Source: Haliangiales bacterium (lineage in GTDB: Bacteria; Myxococcota_A; Polyangia; Haliangiales; SHYZ01). Taken from it: 57,368 nt of DNA. Position numbers and translations under genes: made by a program. Below, piece by piece: positions 26,767 to 38,298 of this stretch; the stretch's first letter is position 1, and each line of letters opens with the position of its first letter. The notes under the pieces are model-generated. The model was not told where the DNA came from. It did not search any database and saw only the letters and a program-made list of their open reading frames with translations. Where the stretch lies: assembly GCA_046595695.1 (NCBI GenBank), contig JBKJOI010000417.1, forward strand, positions 1 to 57,368, given 5' to 3'.

Positions 26767-29130
26767 ATGACGATGCCGCCTCGTTGGCTTGAAAAACTCG
26801 AATCGCGGCGGGAGCTTGTGTACCCGATCGCGGTCGCACTCCTCGCTGCCCTCGTGCTCCTGCCGCTCATCGGCAGCTACGGCCTGTGGGATCCGCAAGA
26901 GTTCCCGCTCGCCGACCTGGCGCGTGAGGTCTCGCGCACCGGCGACTACGCCTCGGTCTACGCGACGCGGCCGCCACTCTCGGTGTGGCTGTCGGCGTTC
27001 GGCGTCTCGCTGTTCGGCCCCAGCGAGCTGGCGGTCCGCCTGCCGCACGCGCTGCTCGGCATCGGGGGCGCACTCGCCACCTACGGCATCGGACGGCGCC
27101 TGCGTGGCCCGCGCACCGGGCTCATCGCCGCGGCCGTCTTGGTCGCGACGCCGCTCTACCTGTTCCAGGCGCGCCAGCTGAACACCGACATGGGCGGCCT
27201 GGCCGGCTCGGCGATCGCCATGTACGGCCTCATCGGCCTGGCCTGGCCGGGCCTGCACGCTCGTGGCCCCGCCGCGCTGCGCTACCTCCTCGACGGCTCC
27301 GCCGCCGCGCTCGGGCTGCTGCTCTGCTTCCTCGGCCACGGCCTGGTGCTGGGTGTGGGCGTGCCGCTCGCGGCGCTCGCGCTGGCGTCGACCGCCGCGG
27401 CCGCCGCGCGCTTCGTCGATGCCGAGGCCGTCACCGGCAGCGCCAGCGCGGTCGCGCGCACCCGCGCCGAGGCCCTGCTGCGCCGCCGCCACCAGCTCGT
27501 CGCCGCCGTCGCCGGCCTGCTCGCGGTCGGCGTGTTCGTGCTCTGGTACGATGCCCAGGACGCCAAGGGCTACCAGAAGCTCCTGGGCGGCTTCTTCCGC
27601 GCCGGCGCCGAGCCGCCCGCGACCGCGACTTTCGACTACCTCGTCGATCAGCTCGCGTTCGGCCTGTTCCCGTGGACCGCGCTCGCGCCCATCGCGGCGG
27701 TGCGCCTGGCGCTGCCGCGGCGCGGCGATCGCGTGGCCTGGGGCGGCTTCGTGGTGCTCGCCTGGGTGGCCGGCGCCTATGTCGTGGGCGCGCTGTGGGT
27801 GCGCGAGATGGGCGACATCCGCTACCCGGGCCTGGTCGCGGTCGCGCTCGCCGTCGGCATGCTGCTCGACGATCTGCTGGCCGCGCGCGGCGACGCGCCG
27901 GCCCGCTGGCCCTCGGCTGCCAGCGGGCTGCCGCTGCTCGGCCTGTTCGCGCTGTGCGCCGCGGTCCAGCTCGGCCGCGACATCAAGGAGTTCCCCGAGG
28001 AGCTCGCGTCGGTGCACCTGCTCCAGACCATCAAGTTCCCCGCGGTGGTCAAGCTGCAGCGCGTGCTCATGTACGTGGGCCTCTTGTTCGGCCTGCTCGC
28101 CGCCTTCGGCATGTCGACCGCGGCGCGCCCCGAGCTCGCGAAGCGCGAGCCGCTCGACCGCACCGGCCTGCACCGCGTCGCGATCTGGTTGCTCGACGCC
28201 ACGCGCGCGCTCGCCGACGCGCTGCGCCCGCTCGCGTCGCCGGTGATGGGCTTCTTCCGCGGCTACGGCCTGCTCGCCATGATCGCGGTCGGCGTGCTGA
28301 CCGGGCTGTTCCTGTCGCTCGTCTACACGCCGACCCTGTCCGGGCACTTCTCGTACAAGAACGTGTTCGACGTCTACTTCGACCGCAAGCAGGGCGACGA
28401 GCCGATCGGGGTCATGGGCATCCCGGGCAGCGGGCCTGACTTCTATGCGCACGGCAAGCTGGAGCGCCTGAACGACCTGCCCACGCTGACCGCGTTCCTG
28501 CGCCGCGAGGGCCGCGTGTTCGCGGTCGCGCCCGCGACCGAGCTGTGCGCGATCCACCAGGCGGCGACCACGACCGGCTTCCCCTACCACGTGGCCACCG
28601 CCGAGAACTCGCGCTTCTTCCTGTACACCAACCGGCTCGGCAGCGGCGAGCACGACCAGAACCCGCTCGCGCGCATGATCTCTCGCGAGGCGCCGACCCC
28701 CAGGCAGACGCTGACCGCGACCTTCAAGCCGGCCACGGCGGGCCAGAAAGGTGAGCTCGAGCTGCTCGGCGTGGACATGCCGGCGAGCGTGTCCAAGGGC
28801 TCGACCTTCCAGATGAAGCTCTACTACAAGGTCGTCGAGAAGCCGTCGACGAACTACCAGGTGTTCGTGCACTTCGACAAGGGCGTGCGCTTCCAGGGCG
28901 ACCACTGGCCGCTCGGCAACCTCTGCGGCACGCAGTACTGGCAGGTGGGCGACTACGTGACCGACACCTTCGAGGTCACCGCCGGCGAGGCGCTTTCGCC
29001 CAAGGGCGTCTACGAGGTCTATACCGGCCTGTTCACAGGCGGATCGGGCAACTGGCGCAACATGACGGTAGCCAGCGGCAACGCGGACAAGAACAACCGT
29101 GTGCGCATTGGTCAGATCACTTTGAGGTGA
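26767..29130 (+). CDS. GT-C fold glycosyltransferase (ArnT/PMT_2-like, GT39/GT83 type) with C-terminal soluble domain
   Basis: 787 aa with about 11-13 hydrophobic segments. The first loop [18 protein letters not shown] and the block [22 protein letters not shown] resemble ArnT/PMT-type enzymes. A ~280-aa hydrophilic C-terminal domain follows. Confidence 0.75.
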   Translation: MTMPPRWLEKLESRRELVYPIAVALLAALVLLPLIGSYGLWDPQEFPLADLAREVSRTGDYASVYATRPPLSVWLSAFGVSLFGPSELAVRLPHALLGIGGALATYGIGRRLRGPRTGLIAAAVLVATPLYLFQARQLNTDMGGLAGSAIAMYGLIGLAWPGLHARGPAALRYLLDGSAAALGLLLCFLGHGLVLGVGVPLAALALASTAAAAARFVDAEAVTGSASAVARTRAEALLRRRHQLVAAVAGLLAVGVFVLWYDAQDAKGYQKLLGGFFRAGAEPPATATFDYLVDQLAFGLFPWTALAPIAAVRLALPRRGDRVAWGGFVVLAWVAGAYVVGALWVREMGDIRYPGLVAVALAVGMLLDDLLAARGDAPARWPSAASGLPLLGLFALCAAVQLGRDIKEFPEELASVHLLQTIKFPAVVKLQRVLMYVGLLFGLLAAFGMSTAARPELAKREPLDRTGLHRVAIWLLDATRALADALRPLASPVMGFFRGYGLLAMIAVGVLTGLFLSLVYTPTLSGHFSYKNVFDVYFDRKQGDEPIGVMGIPGSGPDFYAHGKLERLNDLPTLTAFLRREGRVFAVAPATELCAIHQAATTTGFPYHVATAENSRFFLYTNRLGSGEHDQNPLARMISREAPTPRQTLTATFKPATAGQKGELELLGVDMPASVSKGSTFQMKLYYKVVEKPSTNYQVFVHFDKGVRFQGDHWPLGNLCGTQYWQVGDYVTDTFEVTAGEALSPKGVYEVYTGLFTGGSGNWRNMTVASGNADKNNRVRIGQITLR

Positions 29131-29233
29131 TACGACACCGTGGCCTGACCGCCTGTCGTTTCCGCTTGGCCGCGCCTCGGGCAAGCGGTATGACCCGAAG
29201 AGCAGGCAGTTCACCAGGAAGCGGGGTCTCGCG

Positions 29234-29728
29234 ATGGTCTCGAGAAAAGACCGGCGTACCGGAGAGCGGCCCATCGACGAGGATCGTCGCTTGGTGACGG
29301 GCCGTGACCGTCGTCAGTTCGAGCGGGTGCTGGTCGACCTCGAGGTCGACTACCGCTGCGAAGACACATTCCTGTTCGCCTACATCACGGACATCAGCGC
29401 GATGGGCATCTTCGTGCAGACGCGCAGCCCCGAGCCCGAGGGCACCCGGCTGAACCTTCGTTTCATGGTCCCCGGACAGGCCCTGCCCTTCGAGCTCGAG
29501 GGCGAGGTCATCTGGGTGAACCCGTACCGGCCCGGCGATCGCGAGAACCTGAACCCGGGCATGGGCGTCCGCTTCGTGGACCTCACCCAGGCGGATCGCG
29601 AGCGCCTGACCGTGCTGGTCAAGACCTTCGCGTACCTCGACGATGACACCGCCGACGGCGACGAGGCCGGGGACGACGACGAAGACGACGTCGACGACAC
29701 CCACGGCGTTCCCACCGGCCGCGCGTAG
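29234..29728 (+). CDS. PilZ-domain (c-di-GMP receptor-type) protein with acidic tail
   Basis: RDRRQFER (RxxxR) and DISAMGIFV (DxSxxG) motifs are present. The C-terminus is DDDTADGDEAGDDDEDDVDD. Confidence 0.8.
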   Translation: MVSRKDRRTGERPIDEDRRLVTGRDRRQFERVLVDLEVDYRCEDTFLFAYITDISAMGIFVQTRSPEPEGTRLNLRFMVPGQALPFELEGEVIWVNPYRPGDRENLNPGMGVRFVDLTQADRERLTVLVKTFAYLDDDTADGDEAGDDDEDDVDDTHGVPTGRA

Positions 29729-29737
29729 CGTCCGCCG

Positions 29738-29944
29738 CTAGCCGCGGCCCGAACGCTCGTCGTCGTCCGCGTCGCCCGCGCCGCCGCCGCCCACGCCACC
29801 GTCGGGCTCTTCCTCGGTCGGGATCCGGTACGACTCGCTCAGCCAGTTGCCGAGATCGATCAGCCGGCAGCGATCGCAGCAGAACGGGAACGCCGCGTTC
29901 TCGGCGCGCGGCAGCGCGGGCTTCTTGCAGGAGGGGCACGCCAT
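29738..29944 (-). CDS. yacG: DNA gyrase inhibitor YacG (zinc finger)
   Basis: MACPSCKKPALPRAENAAFPFCCDRCRLIDLGNWLSESYRIP matches the YacG CxxC...PFCS.RC..IDLG.W pattern. 68 aa, beginning 2 nt after the upstream stop. Confidence 0.8.
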   Translation of the reverse strand: MACPSCKKPALPRAENAAFPFCCDRCRLIDLGNWLSESYRIPTEEEPDGGVGGGGAGDADDDERSGRG

Positions 29945-29946
29945 GG

Positions 29947-31530
<1,584 letters not shown>

Positions 31531-31558
31531 CAGGGGCGAACGAATATATCATCCGCGC

Positions 31559-32980
31559 GTGGCCAAGAGCGGCGGTACGACCCGCACGCGCACGCGAAAT
31601 GACGAACGCGAGGGTGCGCCCGCCCGCGATCGTCGGGTCGCGATCGGGGGCGAGCTGCTCGATCCCGGCCGTCACGTGGTGCGCCTGGGCATGCCCGGCG
31701 CCGAGCGCGAGGTCTCGCTCGGGGTCGTCGTGGGCAAGCGGCGCGGCCCGCGCGCGTTCGTGATCGGCGGCACGTCGGCGCAGGACGGCTGTGGCCTGGC
31801 CGTGGCGCGCGGCATCGTCGAGGCCATCGAGCCCGACGCGCTGGCCGGCAGCGTGCTCGCGCTCGGGCTCGCCGACGCCGCAGTCATCGTGCCGGGCGCG
31901 CCCGACGAGGGCGACGATTCGCCGCGCGCGCGCGCGGCGCGCTGGCTGCTCGCGCTGCTCACCGGCAAGGCCGCCTTCGGCGTCGAGGTCCGCTCGGGGC
32001 CGGCGGGTCGCACCACCTGGCCGCACCTGCGCGCGGATCTGCGCGAGGAAGGCCTCGGCGCGCTGGCGCGCGCGTTCGGCGCCGAGATCGTCGTCGACGC
32101 GCCGGGTGCCCCGGGCTCGCTGCGCCGCGCCGCGAGCGGCTCGGGCGTGCCCACGCTGGTCTTCGAGGGTGGCGAGGTCGGCCGCTGGGACGGCGCCTTC
32201 GTCGAGCGATCCGTCGACGGCGTGCTCAACCTGCTGCGCGCGCGCAAGATGCTCGCGGGCAAGCCCGAGCGCGCGCCGTGGCACGCCACGGTGCACGAGG
32301 CGACCTGGCTGAGCGCGCCCGCGGCCGGCTGGCTGGTGCCGATGCAGCCCGCCGGCGCGCTGGTCGCCGGCGCCGAGGTGCTCGCGCGCATCCACGACGC
32401 CGCCGGCCACACCGTCGCCGAGCTGACCTCGCCCGGGCGCGCGGTCGTGCTGGTCGCGCCCGCGACCGCGTGGACCGACGCGGGCGCGTCGCTCGTGCAG
32501 CTCGGCCGGCTCGGCCCGCGCGCGCTCGCCCGCGCCGCCGCTGCCTCGTCGCCGCCGCGCCACCGCGTCGGCTGGTGCGAGTGGGTCGCGCTGCCCGAGC
32601 TCGGCATCGGCCGGCTTTCGGCCAAGATCGACACCGGCGCGCGCACCTCGGCGCTGCACGTGCGCTCGATGAAGCCGGTCGGCGAGCGCAACGGCAAGCC
32701 GCTGCTCGAGGTCCGTCTGCCCACCGGACGCCGGCCCAACTCGGGCAAGGGACGGCTCACGCGCGTCGAGGTCGACGAGTACGTCGTCGTACGCGACTCG
32801 GGCGGCCACGAGGAGCGCCGTCCCGTGATCACGACGACGCTCTCGCTGGGTCCGATCACGCGCCGCGTGCGCGTCTCGCTGACCGACCGCGGCGACATGC
32901 TGTTTCCCATGCTGGTCGGCCGGACAGCCCTCGGCGAGGACTTCGTTGTCGACGCCGCCGCACGTAACCTGCTGTCCTGA
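31559..32980 (+). CDS. fusion of a degenerate succinylglutamate desuccinylase/aspartoacylase-like (M14-type) domain and a retropepsin-like (DUF785, 'ATP-dependent zinc protease') domain
   Basis: The N-terminal ~330 aa resemble the AstE/AspA family but lack the expected metal ligands (see finding). The C-terminal part is VGWCEWVALPELGIGRLSAKIDTGARTSALHV...MLFPMLVGRTAL. Start codon (GTG at 31559) is uncertain. Confidence 0.65.
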   Translation: MAKSGGTTRTRTRNDEREGAPARDRRVAIGGELLDPGRHVVRLGMPGAEREVSLGVVVGKRRGPRAFVIGGTSAQDGCGLAVARGIVEAIEPDALAGSVLALGLADAAVIVPGAPDEGDDSPRARAARWLLALLTGKAAFGVEVRSGPAGRTTWPHLRADLREEGLGALARAFGAEIVVDAPGAPGSLRRAASGSGVPTLVFEGGEVGRWDGAFVERSVDGVLNLLRARKMLAGKPERAPWHATVHEATWLSAPAAGWLVPMQPAGALVAGAEVLARIHDAAGHTVAELTSPGRAVVLVAPATAWTDAGASLVQLGRLGPRALARAAAASSPPRHRVGWCEWVALPELGIGRLSAKIDTGARTSALHVRSMKPVGERNGKPLLEVRLPTGRRPNSGKGRLTRVEVDEYVVVRDSGGHEERRPVITTTLSLGPITRRVRVSLTDRGDMLFPMLVGRTALGEDFVVDAAARNLLS

Positions 32981-33036
32981 CTCGATTTTTATAGCACGGT
33001 GGTCGCGACCATGCGAGGCCGTGTAACCTGGACCAC

Positions 33037-33750
33037 GTGCGATTTACTGTACGGGCACTCACGCTCCTGAGCGCTGGCGTCGCCATGGCCCTGGGCGCCT
33101 GCGCCTTCGATGGCAACGGCCTGGACCTCGACAGGCGCGCTGACGGCGGCTTCGAGGACGTCGACGCGCCGAGCGAGCCCGTCGATGCCGCCGCCGCGGT
33201 CGACGCGAGCGGCACTCCCGACGTGCCCACAAACGAGCCACCCGACGCCGCGGCTCCCGACGCCCCCGCGAGCCTGCCCGATGCCGCGGTCATCCCCGAC
33301 GCCGCGCCGCAGCCCGACGCCGGAGCGTGTCCGCTCGGCTACGTCGCCGGCACGGTCCAGACCGGCAGCTGCTACCGCCTCGTGCAGACGCCGCGCAGCT
33401 GGACGCAGGCCGAAGCCGACTGCGCCGACGACGCCGTGGGCGCACACCTCGCGGTGGTGAGCAACCTCGGTGAGTTCCAGGCCTTCCAGAACGCACTCGG
33501 CAACGACATCTGGCTGGGTGCCTCCGACCGAAAGACCGAGGGCACCTTCCTGAACGTCACCGGCGGACCGATGCTCGACAACGCGAGCCTCTGGGCGCCC
33601 AACCAGCCCGACGAGGGCGGCAACGGGGCCGCCATGCCCGAGGACTGCGTCGCCATCCGCGACAACGGTCTGAACGACGACGGCTGCGGCGATCCGCACT
33701 TCTATCTCTGCGAGATCGACGGCGTTCCGCCCGATCCCAACGCCTTCTGA
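33037..33750 (+). CDS. C-type lectin domain lipoprotein
   Basis: A GTG start gives (M)RFTVRALTLLSAGVAMALGAC (lipobox). A Pro/Asp/Ala linker follows. CTLD signatures are CYRLVQTPRSWTQAEADC, HLAVVSN, WLGASDRKTEGTF, WAPNQPDEG, EDCVAI..NGLNDDGC and FYLCE. Confidence 0.8.
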   Translation: MRFTVRALTLLSAGVAMALGACAFDGNGLDLDRRADGGFEDVDAPSEPVDAAAAVDASGTPDVPTNEPPDAAAPDAPASLPDAAVIPDAAPQPDAGACPLGYVAGTVQTGSCYRLVQTPRSWTQAEADCADDAVGAHLAVVSNLGEFQAFQNALGNDIWLGASDRKTEGTFLNVTGGPMLDNASLWAPNQPDEGGNGAAMPEDCVAIRDNGLNDDGCGDPHFYLCEIDGVPPDPNAF

Positions 33751-33766
33751 CGCGCGCAACTGCGCT

Positions 33767-34813
33767 ATGCTCGTGCCGATGGGCGTCGCCCACGCACACG
33801 GTCACGGCCACGGTCCCGACGATCACGATCACGACGGTGACGGTCATGCGCGTCCCGCCGTGCCGCCGCCGCACGGCGCCACCTGCCAGCAGCTGCCCGG
33901 CCAGGCTCGCGTCTCGCTTGCCGACGCCGAGCGCGGCAAGGACTACCGCCGGCTGCTGATGACCATCGCGCTCACCGGCGCGATCTTCGTCGCCGAGATC
34001 ATCGGCGGGCTCTGGTCGGGCTCACTCGCCCTCCTGTCCGACGCCGGTCACATGCTGACCGACGTATCGGCGCAGATCATCTCGCTGTTTGCGCTCCTGC
34101 TCGCGGCGCGCCCCGCCGACTCGAAGCGCAGCTATGGCTACCGCCGACTCGAGATCCTCGCCGCGCTCGCCAACGGCGTGCTGCTCGGGGTGCTGTCGGC
34201 GTACACGCTGTACACCGCGGCGAAGCGCTTCGACTCACCGCCCCAGGTGCACACCGAGGTCATGCTGGTGATCGCGGCCATCGGCCTGGTCGCCAACGGC
34301 GTCGCGGCGCTGCTCCTGCACGGCTCGCACAGCCTCAACGTGCGCGGCGCGTACCTGCACATCGTCTCCGACATGCTGTCGTCGCTCGCGGTGGTCGTGG
34401 GCGGCGCGATCATGTGGTGGAAGGGCGGGCTCTACGTGCTCGACCCGCTGCTCGGCTGCCTGATCGGGCTCATGGTGCTGGTGTCGGCGTGGCGCCTGGT
34501 GCGCGAGGCCACCGACGTGCTGCTCGAGGCGGTGCCGCGCGGCATCGATCTCGACGTGGTGCGCGCCGATCTCGTCGCCGTCGGCGGCGTCGCCGAGGTC
34601 CACGATCTGCACGTGTGGAGCATCGGCTCGGGGCTCATCGCGCTGTCGGCGCACGTGGTCGCGCGCGACGCCGCGCACGGCAGCCACGACGCGCTCCTGC
34701 ACGAGATCGACGAGCTCATGCGTCGGCGCCACGGCATCCACCACTCGACGGTGCAGGTGGAGAGCGCGGGCTTCGACGGCGCGAGCGGCGGGCACGTCGG
34801 GCACGCGCACTGA
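33767..34813 (+). CDS. cation diffusion facilitator (CzcD/ZitB-like) with His-rich N-terminus
   Basis: HAHGHGHGPDDHDHDGDGH is followed by GSLALLSDAGHMLTDV, SYGYRRLEILAA, HIVSDMLSS and a C-terminal cytoplasmic domain. Confidence 0.9.
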   Translation: MLVPMGVAHAHGHGHGPDDHDHDGDGHARPAVPPPHGATCQQLPGQARVSLADAERGKDYRRLLMTIALTGAIFVAEIIGGLWSGSLALLSDAGHMLTDVSAQIISLFALLLAARPADSKRSYGYRRLEILAALANGVLLGVLSAYTLYTAAKRFDSPPQVHTEVMLVIAAIGLVANGVAALLLHGSHSLNVRGAYLHIVSDMLSSLAVVVGGAIMWWKGGLYVLDPLLGCLIGLMVLVSAWRLVREATDVLLEAVPRGIDLDVVRADLVAVGGVAEVHDLHVWSIGSGLIALSAHVVARDAAHGSHDALLHEIDELMRRRHGIHHSTVQVESAGFDGASGGHVGHAH

Positions 34814-34902
34814 ATGGCTACATCCGCTTGGATTGCGTGCTGCTTTCGCGTCTGACACGGGCACGCTCAACACGCCGCTAACTTCGTGTTAGCTTTCCGC
34901 GC

Positions 34903-35973
34903 ATGATCGATATCAAGCGCATCGAGGAACTGCTGGGCGCAGACGCTCGGCCGCTGCTGGAGCACCAGTCCAAGACCATCCCCAAGGAGCTCCTGCACCT
35001 GCCCGGCCCTGATCACGTGGACCGAATCTGGGTCCAGTCGGATCGCAAGCCGGCGGTGCTCGGCAACCTGCAGCGCATGTACAATACCGGCCGGCTCGCC
35101 GGCACGGGCTACCTGTCGATCCTGCCGGTCGACCAGGGCATCGAGCACTCGGCGGGCGCCTCGTTCGCGCCCAACCCGGTCATGTTCGATCCCGAAAGCA
35201 TCGTGAAGCTGGCCATCGACGGCGGCTGCAACGCCGTCGCCTCGACCTTCGGCACGCTCGGCATCCTGTCGCGCAAGTACGCGCACAAGATCCCGTTCAT
35301 GGTGAAGATCAACCACAACGAGTTCTTCTCGTACCCGAACACCTACGACCAGACCATGTTCGGCAAGGTCAAGACGGCGTGGGACATGGGCGCGATCTCG
35401 GTGGGCGCCACGATCTACTGGGGCTCGCCCGAGTCGCGTCGCCAGCTCAAGGAGGTCGCCGAGGCGTTCGCCGAGGCGCACGAGCTGGGTATGTTCACGG
35501 TGCTCTGGTGCTACACGCGCAACCCGGCCTTCAAGACCGAGACCCGCGACCACCACACCTCGACCGACTTCGAGGGCCAGGCCAACCACCTGGGCGTCAC
35601 CATCCAGGCGGACATCATCAAGCAGAAAATGCCCGACGGTAACGGTGGCTACAACGATCCCAAGCTGAAGGGCTTCGGCAAGACCCACCCCAAGGTCTAC
35701 TCGCAGCTCTCGAGCGACAACCTGATCGACCTCACGCGCTACCAGGTGGCCAACTGCTACATGGGCCGCGTCGGTCTCATCAACTCGGGCGGCGCGTCGT
35801 CGGGCGACAGCGACCTGGCCGAGGCGGTCAAGACCGCGGTCATCAACAAGCGCGCCGGCGGCATGGGCCTCATCAGCGGCCGCAAGGCGTTCCAGCGCCC
35901 GATCAAGGAAGGCGCGGCGCTGTTGCAGGCGATCCAGGATGTCTACCTCAACAAGGACATCACGATCGCCTGA
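34903..35973 (+). CDS. fbaB: class I fructose-bisphosphate aldolase (FbaB/DhnA type)
   Basis: 356 aa with a full-length FbaB-like pattern: [32 protein letters not shown] and [12 protein letters not shown]. Confidence 0.85.
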   Translation: MIDIKRIEELLGADARPLLEHQSKTIPKELLHLPGPDHVDRIWVQSDRKPAVLGNLQRMYNTGRLAGTGYLSILPVDQGIEHSAGASFAPNPVMFDPESIVKLAIDGGCNAVASTFGTLGILSRKYAHKIPFMVKINHNEFFSYPNTYDQTMFGKVKTAWDMGAISVGATIYWGSPESRRQLKEVAEAFAEAHELGMFTVLWCYTRNPAFKTETRDHHTSTDFEGQANHLGVTIQADIIKQKMPDGNGGYNDPKLKGFGKTHPKVYSQLSSDNLIDLTRYQVANCYMGRVGLINSGGASSGDSDLAEAVKTAVINKRAGGMGLISGRKAFQRPIKEGAALLQAIQDVYLNKDITIA

Positions 35974-36077
35974 CTTACAGCGCGAGGTGTGCGCCGGCGC
36001 TCACCCTCACGCCACTTTGCATCCTGTCTGCTCGTTCAGTTGGCGCGTCTGCGGGGCCGCCGCATACTAAGGGGGCT

Positions 36078-36833
36078 TTGTCCCTTCGCCATGCTCGTCA
36101 TGAGATCTGGGTAACCGACCTCGACCCGGCACACGACGGTGTGGTCATCACGCAGCTGTCAGACGTCCACGTGGGCGCCATGACGCCGGCGAAGCGCATC
36201 CAGCGCGCCGTCGAGCTGTCGAACGAGGCCGAGCCCGACCTCGTCGTCCTCACCGGTGACTACGTCTGTCGCTCCAAGCGCTGGATCGGACGAATGGGCG
36301 AGCAGCTGAGTGGCCTGAACGCCAAGGCGGGCGTGATGGTCACGCTCGGCAACCACGACTACTGGTGCGACGCCGACCAGGTGGCGCAGGAGATGCGGCA
36401 CAACGGCTACGACGTGCTCATGAACCGCAACACCACGCTGACCGTGCGCGGCGCGCCGCTCACGGTCGTCGGCGTCGACGACGCGATCACCAAGCACGAC
36501 GACGCCGGCAAGGCCTTCCACGGCGCACGCCAAGGCGGCACGCAGCTCTGTCTCACCCACTGCCCCGAGGTCGCGCCCGAGGCGGCCGAGCGCGGCGCAC
36601 GCATCATCGTGGCCGGGCACACCCACGGCGGCCACCTGCACCACAAGAAGGCCACGCCCTGGCTCTACCGCAAGCTGACCGGGCGCAACTACCTGTCCGG
36701 CTGGTACGACGTCGGCGCGGCGCAGCTCTACGTGAACCGCGGCGTGGGCGCGTCGGCGTTCTCGCCGCGCGTCGGCGAGGGCGCGCGCAGCGAGGTCGCG
36801 ATCTTCGTGCTCCGGCGCGCCGAGCCCGAGTAG
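36078..36833 (+). CDS. metallophosphoesterase (YkuE/calcineurin-like)
   Basis: LSDVHVG, VLTGDYV, LGNHDYW and AGHTHGGH motifs are present. The TTG start at 36078 is uncertain. Confidence 0.8.
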   Translation: MSLRHARHEIWVTDLDPAHDGVVITQLSDVHVGAMTPAKRIQRAVELSNEAEPDLVVLTGDYVCRSKRWIGRMGEQLSGLNAKAGVMVTLGNHDYWCDADQVAQEMRHNGYDVLMNRNTTLTVRGAPLTVVGVDDAITKHDDAGKAFHGARQGGTQLCLTHCPEVAPEAAERGARIIVAGHTHGGHLHHKKATPWLYRKLTGRNYLSGWYDVGAAQLYVNRGVGASAFSPRVGEGARSEVAIFVLRRAEPE

Positions 36834-36848
36834 CGCGGGCCGCGCCGC

Positions 36849-38249
36849 TCAGGCGGCGACGAGACTGAAGCTCTCGCCGCCGGCGCGCACGACACGGCCG
36901 TCCTTGACGAGCTTCTGCAGGTGCGCGAGCAGCGAGCGCGCCGCGAGCGGGTGCAGCGCCACCGGGACGTCCTCGTAGACCGAGGGCACCAGGTCGAGCG
37001 CGGTGGCGTGGCCGCGCGCGGCGAGCGCGGTCGCGACCCGCTCCTCGCGCCACAGGCGGTGCTTCACGTACTCGGCGAGCTTCGCGGCCGGCGCGGTGAT
37101 GGTCGGCCCGTGCGCGGGCAGGAGCGCGCGCGGCGCGAGCGCGGCCAGGCGCGCCAGCGACGCCAGGTATTCGATCATGTCGCCCTCGTCGGGATCGACG
37201 ACGATCGAGCCGATGCCGGCGACCATGTCCCCGGCGACGATGTAACCTGTGGTCTCCTCGAGGAAGCACAGGTGGCCGGGCGCGTGCCCGGGCGTGAAGA
37301 TCGCGCGCAGGCGCCGCTCGGGGCGCTCACCGTCGCCGGCGAGCAGCTCGACGTGGCCGTCGCGGAGCAGGCGCGTCACCGCAATGCGCCCGGCGACCAG
37401 CTGCGCGGTGATCGGGTGCGCGGCCACCGGCACGCCCAGCCGCTTCGCCAGGTGCGCGGCGCCCGAGACGTGGTCGACGTGGTGGTGCGTCAGCCAGATC
37501 TCGCGCACGCGCCGGCCCTGCGCGGCGAGCGCGTCGAGTGCGTTGTCGAGCGCGGCGCGCTCGTCATCCCAGGGGCTCGCGGGATCGATCACGATGAGCT
37601 CGCGCGCGCCCACGACATAGCAGTTGGTGTGCGTGGCCGGCGGCAGGGTCGGCGTGCGCAGCATCGCGATCTCGATCCCGGGCGCGAGCTCCCACAGCCG
37701 GCTGGCGTGCGCGTCGCGCGCGGTGTCGATGGCCAGGCGCGCCGCCATGCCCTCCGGGCCGTCCACCAAGGCGCGCAGGAGGTACGCGACCACCGGCGAG
37801 GTGAGCCGCTCGCCGCTCGACCAGGCGGCCAGCGCCTCGGCCGGCGTGAGCCACTCGCCCTCGCTCAGCTCGCCGCCGCTCGTGCCCGCCGGATCCGGCG
37901 CGCAGCCGGGCGGGGCCTCGACCAGGTAGTAGGTCGCGTCGAAGCGGATGGGCGCCCACTCGGGCGTGATCGAGCGGCCGACCTCGACGAACGTCGCCGC
38001 GCCGGCCGGGAGCGTGACGCCGGTCTCCTCCTGGAGCTCGCGCGCGGCCGCCGTCAGGCGGGCCGCGGCCTCGCCGGTGGCGCCGTCCACCGGCCGCGCG
38101 TGGTCGGCGTCGTCGACGCGACCACCCGGAAATGCCCAGAATCCTGGGAGAAACTGGAGCGCGTGGGAGCGGCGGACCCAGTACACCTCCATCCGATCGC
38201 CGCGCTGGCGGTGTAGGACGACCACGGACGCGGGGATGGGGTTCGCCAT
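36849..38249 (-). CDS. NUDIX hydrolase fused to an MBL-fold hydrolase
   Basis: The N-terminal Nudix box is GGRVDDAD...AARELQEETGV. The C-terminal MBL domain carries THHHVDHVSG and FTPGHAPGH. Confidence 0.85.
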   Translation of the reverse strand: MANPIPASVVVLHRQRGDRMEVYWVRRSHALQFLPGFWAFPGGRVDDADHARPVDGATGEAAARLTAAARELQEETGVTLPAGAATFVEVGRSITPEWAPIRFDATYYLVEAPPGCAPDPAGTSGGELSEGEWLTPAEALAAWSSGERLTSPVVAYLLRALVDGPEGMAARLAIDTARDAHASRLWELAPGIEIAMLRTPTLPPATHTNCYVVGARELIVIDPASPWDDERAALDNALDALAAQGRRVREIWLTHHHVDHVSGAAHLAKRLGVPVAAHPITAQLVAGRIAVTRLLRDGHVELLAGDGERPERRLRAIFTPGHAPGHLCFLEETTGYIVAGDMVAGIGSIVVDPDEGDMIEYLASLARLAALAPRALLPAHGPTITAPAAKLAEYVKHRLWREERVATALAARGHATALDLVPSVYEDVPVALHPLAARSLLAHLQKLVKDGRVVRAGGESFSLVAA

Positions 38250-38298
38250 GCTGGCCTGACAGAAAATAGCTGACCCGTCGCCTTTCCGGTCCTAGAAT

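Noticed and set aside
34829-34844. Weak -24/-12-like motif TGGATTGCGTGCTGCT 58 nt upstream of fbaB
   Set aside because: The GG-N10-GC spacing is correct, but the flanking positions match poorly. A glycolytic aldolase is not an expected sigma-54 target, so this is probably a chance match.
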